NCBI GenBank assembly: GCA_964057225.1
Contig: OZ059894.1
Location: 15,066,001 to 15,130,000, forward strand
DNA: 64,000 nt
Origin: Auanema rhodensis
Taxonomy: Eukaryota; Animalia; Nematoda
Direction: 5' to 3'
Made by a program: the position numbers and the translations under genes. The notes below the pieces were generated by a model that was not told the origin of the DNA, searched no databases, and saw only the letters and a list, made by a program, of their open reading frames with translations. Shown piece by piece: positions 14,183-26,900 of the stretch; within the stretch, counting starts at the first letter, position 1, and each line of letters opens with the position of its first letter.

Positions 14183-17011
14183 CTGAAAAGTAAAATAAAA
14201 ATGAAAAATGTGTTTTTATTAATTTTCATTTTATCTCAAATATTATTCTATTTTACTTTATTTTATTTTTATTTTTTGAAAGAAAAAATTTAAAAAATCA
14301 AATATATTTTAAAGGTTTGATAAGAGTATGGTCATCTTCAAAGTATATCTATGATATGAAAGAATAAAAAGATTTTTTTAAAAGAAAGGTTAAAAATACA
14401 GAAAAAGTTCAAAATAAAAACAAAAAATATTTAAAACGAAAAGGAAAATAATTTTTTTTTGAAACTAACAAGTATATGACTGAATCTATATAAGAAGTAT
14501 GGCATGCTCTTCATTCCGATACTGATCGTCATGTGCTGGTACTGGCTTAGAACCTGATGATGATGTGAATTGTGTCCAGATAGATAGATGGATGGGTTGG
14601 AGGAAGTGGAAGAAGTTGTAGAGGAGGGACCTGGGGCTGCCGGTTGGTGCTGCTGCAGACGGCTCGACTGACTGGATGACAGACTAGAATTCTCCTCCCT
14701 TTCTCTTTCTCTCCCCCTCTTTCTATCTATCTACCTCTCCCCTGTTCTCTTTTCTTGTGTATAAGCAGGAAGGAGCGAATGGAAATCATACCATATCTTC
14801 AAGTTGTTGAGCTTATCATGTTATGCCATAATCGCCGATAAGTATCAAGTTGTAACTTTTGAGATGAAGCAACTTGTAGAAATATCTCATACTTGCTGAA
14901 ATTTGAAACGAACAAGCCACCTATACATTATGTATGTTGAGTCACCAGTACATAATTACCTCGCGTGGATTTACGCAATTCATCCACGTGGTTGACGTGA
15001 GATGTAGATGCATTTTTCGCATTTTTACATAGTGCAAAGTCATAGACGGGTTGTGTTCTTTGTTTAAAGTATGAGATGAGAGGCATTACACGAAGAAAAT
15101 GAAGAAATCAGTAGGATTACGAAGTTTGTTCGATCTGTTATTCTATTTTTAATCGGATGTGAAACAAAAAAACATAGACAGCATCTGTTATCATCTGGAT
15201 TTTCTTGATGATAAGATGACATCAACCATACTGAATTTGCTGGACCGTTAGATTCATAGCTTATCCATGCCATCATACATTACGTCAGTACACAAGATTT
15301 CTTTCTTTCTTTTTTTCTGTTTATCATAAGTAATTACATTACCTTGTATGTGTTTGTATTGCTTACTCATTCACCTACGCATTCAATGAAACAATACAGA
15401 CCTAGTTCCGGTTATTGGAATGAAGCCATCACGTATTTCATTTTTACTATATGGTATTAATACATATTTCTTTAAAATGTATACGATTCAACTCTATAGA
15501 AAGAGCAAGAACTAATAGTCTGCAACGATCTAAACTATCATCGATGAATCGGATGCTTTTTAAAGATTAAATGCATTATATCAATTTGCTATGTCACTTG
15601 TCTCATAAAATGCGGTGGTCACACAAGTGTCTAGTATCTTTTCAACACCTTTTTTTCTTTTTCACCCTCTTCCATCTTTTCAGTTCAACTCGATTCTTAC
15701 GTTCCCATTCATTTTTCTTATTTCTTCTCATCTTCACCTCTACTGCTCCATCTTTCTTCGTTTCGTCATCAATTTAGTGTCCCATCAAGTCAAATGAGAG
15801 ATTGAAAGCAATGTAGAGAAGAAAAACTTAAGAGAATAAAGGAATAGCTATGAATGCCAAGGAGAGATGCAAAATATCAAATTCTTACCTAATTGAGCTG
15901 CAATATTCTCTTAATCTCATTTGTTTCTTCTTCAATTTCATCTAATTCATATCATTGCAGGTGGTCTTGTTTCTTCATTTATTGAAATATTCAATGAAAA
16001 CAGATGATATTCTTCAATTTTCCAGAAGAAAAAAGCACACAAAAGCGCAAAACTGCGTGTTTTGTCTTTTGCAACTTGATTACTCTTCTTTTATAAGGAT
16101 ATTAAAATAAAAATTGACAAGTAGCAGGACAATTCTGACTACTGGACGACCAGACTGGCGCCAAGCATGATGAAATGATAGTCATTTTAAGTAAAAAAGC
16201 AAAACATTATTGCAGTGAAATCATATCATGGCACATAAACTGTCTTTTATATAACCAACACCTACATACCTCTTATCAATCTAGCCTACAAGCTTCAACA
16301 TCTATTTATGGATATTATTACCTTAGTTATAGTTACATATATTCAATTATATAATCAATAATTAATTGAATTTTAAATGTTTTTCAGTTAAAAATCTTAA
16401 AAAGAAGATTATAATATGAAATACAGTAAGATTAAAAAAGAACTTTTATTTGCTTTATTCTGCTTATATAAGAATCATTGCAAGAATTTTTTTTCTCAGA
16501 TAATCACTGGACAACTACAATCAGTGGGTATCTATGATACAAGGCAATTTTTTATGTTTTAAATATATAGAAATTATAAAGAAAATATGAAATAAAAAAA
16601 GAAAAAGAAATGAAAATGAGTGAAAAACAGTAGATTCTAGATCCGTGACTCGATTGTTATAAACATTAGCGTTATACTTGGTTAGACTATGAAGCCTACT
16701 AATATTGTTTTTGATTATAAAGAATAATAGATTATAATATATTAAATTTTTTTTCGAAGAAGTAACATCACGAACTTTGAGAGAAGTTATTAATGAAAGA
16801 AAAAAGATTTTCTCGAAAACATATATATATAGATAGATAAATCGGCGATAATTGGCAATATTTGAATTGAGAGCAAGGCAAAGATAGCCTAATTTGAAAG
16901 CACTCTGGTTCCGAAATGCAATCTAAAAGTTAAAAAATTAATTATATTAATTCTTAATAATACTATAACCAAGTCATAGATTTAATTCTAATTATATGAT
17001 ACTTACATAAG

Positions 17012-17430
17012 TTATCGACGGAATCCAACATTTCCACAGGTGTCCATACAGTCAGCCAGAGTGGCGAAGTTATTCAAATTACCTCCACAGCCTGTGTAGT
17101 CAAATGGTACACATTGGCTCTAAACATACATATAATTAATAAAATATATAAATATATAATATTATACAGTTTGTCTATTGAAAGCATATCTGGTCTGTCT
17201 TCCATTACATGCTCCTCTATCCATTGAAAGGAGACATAATTCTTCTATAAGTTAAATTACTATTAGAAAAGATGTGTTGTTTTTTTTTTGCTTAAAAATT
17301 AGTTATATTATGAAAATTGAAATATAATTTAAGAGCTCATAGGCCCAACCCCATTTTGATCGGCGAATGTTACTGAAAGAACCAGAACAATGATTATTAT
17401 CCATACAATTAACTTATAAGGGGATATCAT
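17012..17430 (-). CDS. Small secreted single-Kunitz (BPTI) protease inhibitor; exon1/exon2 phase mismatch
   Basis: Signal peptide [23 protein letters not shown], then [25 protein letters not shown]|[35 protein letters not shown], a six-Cys Kunitz domain. Confidence 0.75.
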
Positions 17431-17965
17431 AGATAATCATATCATAAGCCATGCAAGGTGATAGTTGAGAAAAAATAAAAGAAAACAAAGAAAAAACAGG
17501 GGAAATAGAAAGAAGTAAACTATTAATAGTTGTAGAAGAACTTGGAAATGCAACTGTTCTACGTAAAGTCTTTGAAGTAAATGACACGTGGAAGTTACGT
17601 CACTTTGAACTTTACGTGAAGTGCAACTATCATGCATAGAAGTAAATCATAATAGATATAGTGAAATGTTTTAAACATATAATAAGCAAAACTAATGAAA
17701 AGAGAATATTTTCTGAAATTCAAATCAAAATCTTTTGAATACAGTGCAGAAAAACAGAAATGTATAGTGAAAAAAACTGAAGGTAAGAGGTAAGAATAGA
17801 GTGCAAGAACTGATGAAATTTTAAAGTGAAAATATACTGAAAATAGAACACGTATAGATGAGATTATATGATATAGAATATAATAAATAAATTCCTAAAA
17901 TAGGATACAATTCTCATTAACTGATAATCAGTTATGTAAACATGTAAAAGCTTTTCTAAATTATA

Positions 17966-20900
17966 TTAGAAAAAGCCTTTGTCACAACATATTTCTGTAC
18001 ATTTTTCTAAGGAAACAAAATTATTAAGATTGCCTTGGCAACCACCGTAACTGAAAATAGAAATTTTTAGATTTAAGTCTGACAGTATCTTCAGCATTTT
18101 TACCTGAATTTAGTACAAGCACCTAGTTGTTTATCATAAGCATAATGAGTTTGATTACCAGAGCAATGTCCTGAATCAGCTCGTAATAAGCAGAAACCAG
18201 CTGAAAATGAATATTGAAGAAGATATGTATGTCATCAACTTACAAGGATCAGGACAGCAGACACTCTTGGAATCTCGTTTTGATACATGACAAACATAAC
18301 CATATGAGCATGATGTATCAATACCACATGTAACAATATTATTATTTGAAAGTAATGGTTTACCATGTGGACAATAATCTTTATAACCTAAATAATATTA
18401 AATTTTAGATGATTCTATTCAATATTCATCTGTACCTGGGCATGTAATCTGACATAATTCTTTGGTTATAAAATTATTTTCATTTCCTCCTATTCCAAAA
18501 TATGTAAATGGTTTACATTCATCTTCAAAGCTATCGTAGTAAAAACGCTTGAGTTGATAATCACCGATTCCAGTCATCAACTGTTGATCACACGGATTGT
18601 CTGAAATTCAAAATAAAAAATTTTCTTCTTTTTTTTCATTGATTTGCGAGCAAGATTGCTAAGGAAAGATCCACATATTTTCGACTTCTCATTCATTTTC
18701 TTCATCATTTCGTCTTTTCTTTTTTTTATTTTCAAAACTTGGGAAACAGGTGAAAGATATATCGAGCTATTCATTTTCCTTGCTTTGAACAAGGTATCGA
18801 AATGCATTTTTCAACATAAAATTCTGTGGCTTTGCATTCCTTCCTTACTGGCTTCTCAGCAGTTTTCATCTCTTTTCTATCTGTCTTTCAAAAGAATTCT
18901 CTATCAACTAGATAAATCTGGAAGATATTATGAGCATTGAAGAGAATTCGGAGAAAATAGGAAAAAAAGCCAAGCATCAGGTGTATCTCTCTCATCTATT
19001 TGATAACGAAGATGAATAGAGCATGCGGATTGTGACGCCACAGCAGATGCACTAGCCACGGTCGTTTCCGTTTTCAAAAAATAGCATTCTTGAAACGATT
19101 TATAAAGAAACAACATCAGTAATTGTTCTTTTCAGTAACTTCCAGACAAAAATCTCTCTCAAATCAAATATATTTTTAAAAAGAATTGAACGAAATTTAA
19201 TAGAAGCTGCAAATTCGTTTTTGATACTTGCAGCCTTTTCAACTTAGGTTATAACTTTAAACTTTTTGCAACTTACTTTCTTTTAAACAGCATACCGTAG
19301 TCCGAGAATCAACACCAATATGACAATAATGAGTGTTTGGACATGTCTCACGATCACATTGTATTACTCGTTTTCCATCCTTTAACGGAGCTTTTCCGCC
19401 AAAGCATACGTTCGTAACTATAAGGGAAGAGGATATGTTTCTAATAATTGAAATGAGTTCTTACCTGGCTTACAGCGTTTTTGACATTGCTCCAATGTTA
19501 TAAAATTATTTTCATTTCCTTTACGTCCATGGTATATGAAGGGAAGACATTCAGATTCCATATAGTTATAGTAAAATCTAGTCATGTTCAAAATTCCTTC
19601 ACCTTCATTGTATAAGGTTTGACAAGGATCTTCTGAATTGAATCTTTTCATGATCCGTCTGTTGTCACGATATAAACTGACGGTTGATACGAGCACAACA
19701 GACGGAAGAGCCAAGCTGGGAAGGATTCCCTCCAAGGCAAAAGTAACCCAAACCACATTCATCTTGATTTGATAATGGATTACATGTTTGTGGCTGTTGA
19801 TTAGAATCCACGGCTACTTGGGTCATACAAGGATTATGGAACACTGAAATGGCGTTCAAACGCCATTAAACGAACAAAAGAAATATAATAAAATAATAAG
19901 CAGAAAGCTATTATGAAGCATGCAATATGGATGAAATCGTTGTTTATAGTTTTCCAGAGTTCGCCGATCGTTGTACATGAACTCCATTATTTTGGTTTTG
20001 ATTTTTAAATTTATTCCCGTCTCTTGAACATACCTGGACAAGTTCTTTCACAGTCTGATTGAGATTCAAAGTTGTTCTGATTTCCTCTCTTTCCGTTGTA
20101 TTGGAATGGAAGACATTGCTGAAATAGACCGTATATGCTAGTTATATCTATGTTTCAAGCTTACTCTATCGTCAGGATTGTAGTACCAACGAGAGAGGCC
20201 AGAATTTCCTGTTCCTGGGGCTAATGGAACTGAGCATGGGTTGGTTGCTATAAAATATCGAAGATTTTTCAAGATTAGGTAGGTCTAACATACCTCCTGG
20301 ACAACAAACCGTTGTTTCTGGAGTAGAACCAATGTGGCACCAGAAATTGACAGGACAAGCATCCTTGTTGGTGGAAGAACAGAAGAGAACTTGACCAGCA
20401 GCAGTCGTAGCAGGCTGTCCAATACATGGATTATCCAATGGTTGACAAGCAAGTTGGCAAGATCTCTGGAAGTTATATCTACACTGCCAAAACTAACAAC
20501 TCGAACAAACCAATGAAACATAGTTATTTTGATTTCCCTTCAAGCCGTTGTAGATGAATGGACGACAAGTTCTGGTAGACTGATCATAATAGAAGCGTTC
20601 GAGACTAGCGCTACCTTCTCCAGTAGACATAGGAAGGTTGCAAACATTGGTTGAAGCTTAACGTTTTCATAGAGATAAGTCTTGTTTGAGTAATAATACC
20701 TCCTTGACAACAGACAGTGGTGGAAGAATCAGCTCCAATATGACACCAGTGATTGGCAGGACAAGTATTGAGGTTTGCAGAAACAGAGCATGTTTGTGGT
20801 CTACCATCAATTCCGGCAAATGGTCGTCCTTCGAAGCAGGGGTTAGGTCCACATTGTTCTTCACAAGACTAGAACAAATTGAAATTATTAACGTCATGAA

Positions 20901-23900
20901 GAAGATGACTAGTTTACTTCACGGTTTAAGAAGTTATTCTGATTTCCTTGAAGTCCAGCATAAGTGAATGGTTGACAGGTAGCAGTTTGTTGGTTGAAAT
21001 ACCATCTATCAACAAATTGGTTTCCGGTACCACGAGATAATGGAAGAGAGCATGGATTTCCTTCTAAAATAGAAGAATAGTATATACAAAATGATGAAAA
21101 AGAAACTGTTTGATATCAATATAAATCTTAAAAAAATGACATAAAAATAAAAATTTTAAGATGATTAAGTTAAGGAGAACGAACCGCTAGGGCAACAAAG
21201 AGTAGTTTCAGGTGTGGTTCCGATATGGCACCAGGATGAAGCTCCACAGGTATTAGGACCGTTAACCGAGCATAATTGGGCAGGAAGGGATATTGGCTGA
21301 TTACAAGGGTTGACGAATACTGAAAGATGGATTGTTTGTTGGGAACAAATAGGGTAACTAAAAATCACACAGCTAACACAAACAAAATAAAAGCGGAAAG
21401 AGAAAAAACTCAATCAGTTAGAATCTTCGGAAAGTTTTTCAAGTATAAGCTAGATTATTTAAGAAAAACACTGAATTATTGAGTTTATCTAAAACAGATA
21501 GATAAACAGAAATCAGTAACACATCTAGATATGTGTATCATATAAAGAAAAGAAAACTTTTATTTTGTGTCTAGACACACAAGAGCTATAGAATTCAAAC
21601 TAAAAATAGTTGATAGAATAAAGCTGTAGGTAATTAGCTTTGATTATTGCATTTAATATATTTGAAAATTATTTTGTTTAGTTAAAGCGGAGATTGTAAG
21701 AATTGTTGTAAGTTGTTTGAAAATAACTGAAAAGTATTGTGAGTCAGAGATGATAGGGGAGAAGCCTTAGATAGACACACAGCAAGCGTTGCATTATATT
21801 CACCATCACAGGTATCTTCACAATCCTCCAATGTCAGGAAGTTATTCTGGTTTCCTTTACGACCATTGTAGATGAACTGTTGACATGTTTGTGTAGCCTG
21901 ATCGTAGTAGTAGCGAGTTGCAGCTGGGGCTGGAGCACCCAGTTGCCCTTCATTCATTGGAAGACCTTGACAAGCTCCAGGTTGAGTTGGAGTTCCAGGG
22001 CAGCATTGGTATTCGTCAGGTACAAGACCGAGATGGCACCAATGAGCGGAACCGCAAGAGTTGGATCCAAACGTGCAAGGGACGGGCTTGTTGGTATTAT
22101 CCAGTAAGGGGTTACCACTTGGACATACATTCACATAAGCTAGAAGGTCAAAAGACAATTAGAATGAGTTTTGAATGAATTATTATGATATTTTGAGTAA
22201 ATTTTATAAAAATTTGTTTTAATATTGGAGAAGTGACGTGATTTACATGAAATTATGAAAGTGATTATTTTAGGTGTTCGCTGATTTCAAATCACTAATC
22301 TTTTCAATTTCGATTATAAACATGCGGAATTAAGTTAATTCATAAAATTAATCAGTGTTTTAGATGAAAAAAAAGATGTTTTTCTCATCATTACTATGTA
22401 TTCTATCTTATTTTGATTCTGTATGCTCACAGTTTTCATGTTTTTGTTGAAAATATTTGTACAATTAGGGGGGAATTTTAATATTTGATGCTAAGGATCA
22501 ATAGGAATATGATCTGAAAGGTGTTGTAGCTTTTTGATTAATGGTTTGATTTGATAATTATTTTGAGAGAATACACACATACCAGGACACTGTTGTTCGC
22601 AAGCTTCTTGGGAGAGGAAGTTATTCTGGTTGCCTTCACGGCCACGGTACATGAATTGCACACAACGACGGTTCTGAACGTCATAAGTCCAACGTGGAAG
22701 CTGGGCATCTCCTGTTCCTTGAACTGTCGGTTGACGACAAATAGCTTCCCCTTCTTCTTAAACAAGGAAAACGAATGTTACATGATTAAAGAATATGTAA
22801 TTGCCAACAATGGAATAGGACGACGGTTTACAAAAGCCTCGTCAAACCTTATTCCAGATTGATTTGTTGACAAACGTCGAGGAAATTGGATGAAAGGGTA
22901 AATAAATCTTACCTCTACGTGGACAACATACAGTTGTCTGAGCATTAGCTCCAAAGTGACACCAAAAATCTCCAGAACAAGTATTAGACTGAATGCTACA
23001 TTGGATAGGACGATTTGTCTGAGGAATCATCTGAGGTTCACCCAGAGCACAGGGATTGTCGAGTTCTGTTAAGGAAAACATGCACTTTTTCAAGGTTTTT
23101 TCGGTTATTTGTAAAGCAATTTTAAAGTAAAAAAAACACAGATTATTAGATTTTTAAAAATATAATGTTGTTACCATAACATGTTCTTTCGCAATCTTCT
23201 TTATTCAAAAAGTTGTTTTGAGTTCCTTTTTGACCACAGTAGCTGTAATAAGGATTATATTAATATTAATATATTCTCATAAAAAGAAGTCATTCAACTA
23301 TGAAAAACAATAAGTTCTACTTATTAAGAATAGAAAAAGATCTGAATAGCATACCTGAATGGTAAGCAACATTGCTGCTGCTGATTCCAATGCCAACGAG
23401 GTAGTTGTGAAACGCCTTGTCCACGATCCATTGGTTGTCCACATGGATCACCGCCTAAACGGAATATTCGATATTTTAATTTTTTTTTCTTAATTATATT
23501 GTATACTAAATTATATGCTATTACATATATATATAAATATACTTTTTTTTAATTTCTATTGATACTTCGTTTTGAATCAATTTGATTTCACTGAGTCTTT
23601 GATAAAATTTAAAACGGTACAACACACAAGCACAGCAAAAAATCTATGATTTCGGTTAGAATGAAATATAAAAGAAAAATAATTAACTATAATTTTTTAA
23701 TATAATTAAAATATTAGAGATAATTATGAAAATGAACCAAGTTTTAAAACAAATTGCAACCGATCTGTTCGAAACATTATAAAAATTGAAAAACACAACC
23801 GGCTCTTAAAATTAAAAATATAAAAATGGTTTTGGTTCATTTCCAAAGTTTTCTTATATGCATGCAGGTAAAGCGATTACTCTATCATTTAGAAGATTCA

Positions 23901-26900
23901 AATAAAAATATTCAAAACTTCAAGAGATCGAGCTCGAAAAGCGAAGCAACAAACCCAAAGCTTGACAACAATAGTTAGCATCTTTTCCAACGTGACAATA
24001 ATGTCCAGCAGGACAGACATTCTGTGGACTACATTGATAATACTGATTGTTTACGGAGTAAGCTTCTCCGACTTTGCAAGGATTTTCAAAGACTGTAATT
24101 GTTGATCTGTGCATACCATATTGATGAATCATCTTACCTGGACATCTCTTCTCACAAGCTTCACGTGTCTGGAAGTTATTGGCATTTCCTTTAAGTCCAC
24201 GATATTCGAATGGAACACATTTGCGTGTCGTTCCTTCAAATGCCCAACGAGTAGCGTGAGCCTCTCCTTGACCTGGATTACGAGGAGGAGCCATGCATGG
24301 ATCAGGTGGAGCTGAAAAAGAAAATTTTAATATATTCATTGAATGGTTACTGTCATTAAATCTCTATAAAAATGTTTTCGACTTTCGTTGATTATTAATA
24401 AAGAAAATTATGAGATTATGTCTTTACTATTCAGCAAAAAAAACGGAAAACATTATCCTTTTGATCTCTATGTCTTATTCAAATCTTCAAATATTGAAAA
24501 GAAATGATATTTCAGGGTTTCTATTGTCTATACAAAGATGTATCAACTTCAAAGAAGAAGCCTGATCATATTTTAAGGCAGTCAGGTTAGGCTTCCATAA
24601 GCTTTTGAAGCTTTCACCAGAATTCTTCAGTTTATTTCAAAAGAAGATTTGAAACAGAGAGTGAGAGTGAAAACGTACGATATAGTAGAAGAGAGGAAGG
24701 AAAATTTTCATTTTTAAAGATAATTTCATAGATATACTATCACATAATAGTAATCATTGTTATATAGAGCTCCTCCCAATATTTGTTTTCTTGCATCAGT
24801 TTATCGTTTATACCCATTGTCTTTTATATATTTAGTATATCTATCTATCTATTTATTTATTATAAATTATCATTATATTCTATTAATATTTGACCAACTG
24901 AATTCATTTAGTTAAAGCTCATTAGAACATTGAAATCATTACGCTTCAAGTTTACAAGATGAATCGCCGGCTTAACCATTTCATATGGTTTTCAGTATTA
25001 GTTTTTCAGGTATTTATAACTAATTAATATTGTTTTTTCAATATTTTCAACTAAAGTTTTAAATTATTTCTAGGTTTCTACAGAAGAAATGTCTTTTGTT
25101 GGTAAAGAAACATGGTTTGGAAATATATTAGAAGGATGTCGAACAGCCAAATTTGGAAATACTACCAATCCAGGTGAATATTTTCTTAATCAACGGAAGC
25201 CAGTACAACTGTGATATACATTTATAGATTTGAAATGTTATTGGGTGAATGATAAAATGCATATTTTCAAGTTAGAAGTTTTATCAAAATCTCCAATTCT
25301 TATTAGATATCATCAACTAATTCATCGTCGTGAATGTCGCCGTCTGATTAGTGATGTGAACTCGATGCATCTTGAGCTAGCTGTTAGTTGTTTTATCATT
25401 TTTCTGTTTTTTTTTCTTATTATGAAAACAAATTTGTTCTTTCCGTGAAAATTATTATTTCCTTTTCACGGCTTTACTGCTGTTTCTGTTGCCTCCAAAA
25501 GCTTATCTCTCTCACTCTCACTAAGTTTCGTTCTCTCTCTCTTCCTCCCCCTCAGCTGAATAATGCTTTCAATTTAAAGAGATTTTCAAATTTTTAAGAT
25601 TAAACAATAGAAACAATCTTTTCCCTCACATATTATATTAGTTGTAGGTGTAAGATTAGATGAGAAAGACCTAGACAGAATTAGTGAAGAGAAACTAATC
25701 CGTACATTCATTCAAAAGATAAAAATTTGATTAATAACAAATATACTTTTAAAATTGATATCATAGGGTGTAGCTACGACTGATCCAAAAGTGCCATTAA
25801 CTCATAAAACTCATCGGATGGCCAATAGTACATGGGTGGATCACGCTGAATTTCCGGGATTTCAAAAGCTTTTTAATCGCCTTCAGCGGACAATCTTATC
25901 ATTAGATTTATCAAGATCTGAGCATTTCCAAGTACGTTTTAAATACTTTTTTTGTTAAAAACATACAAAACGTTTCCATTACTCAGGTTTTATCATATGA
26001 TAAAAATGGTCATTATGCTCCACATTACGATTATATTGATGCTGATGTTATGGGAACAATAGCTGCTGAAGGAAATCGACTTGCTACTGTGCTCACTATT
26101 CTTCAAACAGCCAAAAATGGAGGAGGTATCAATGTTTATAAGAAAATTATTCTCATATAACTATTTATATATAGTTACATCATTTCCAATGATTAATGTG
26201 AATATTCGGCCAAATGTTGGAGATGTTATATACTGGCATAACATGGGAACGAATCTTAAGAAAGATATGAAGTCCTTACATGCAGCTTGTCCAATAATCG
26301 AAGGAACCAAAATAGGTACATTCATATCTTTTCAAGCTTAAGTACACTTCGTATTCTTTGAAGCGGCTTCTCTATGGGTACGATCAAAGGGTCAGGAATT
26401 ACGGTTGAAGAGCACACAGCCTTCAACATTTTCATTGAAACGATACATCAAACCAGCTCTTTCTCCAGAAGACGTAGAGCTTTTTACGAAAAAATGGATC
26501 AGAACATCAATTTAAAAATTGACACGCCGCATCACACAAAATATTTTTGTTTTCAAAAAAAAAAAAAATAGAAAAGAAGTCAAATTTTAATAATAATTTG
26601 TACATATGTATATGTATAAGTGTAATAATAATCCTATTAATAGGATTATTATTACCACAAAAATGATTATATTAATCAAAATTTTAAGCCTTTAAAATCA
26701 ATAAGTTGCCTTAAATTGTTATAAATCGTTTTAAGAGTTAAAAAAATCTTTTTGTTATTATTAACTATTTGTATATGCATATATATATATATATGTATTT
26801 ATAATATATAAGCATTACTATATTATAATATAGATAAACGATATGAGGTCTTAGTATAGATTATAATAATATTATAAAGTGTTCTGCTAATTTTTTTTCT

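Noticed and set aside
14962-14990. Hairpin CGCGTGGAT...ATCCACGTG as a pre-miRNA
   Set aside because: The stem is only ~9 bp, too short for a pre-miRNA.
20334-24315. Plus-strand ORFs overlapping the Kunitz gene
   Set aside because: Antisense shadows of GC-richer coding exons.
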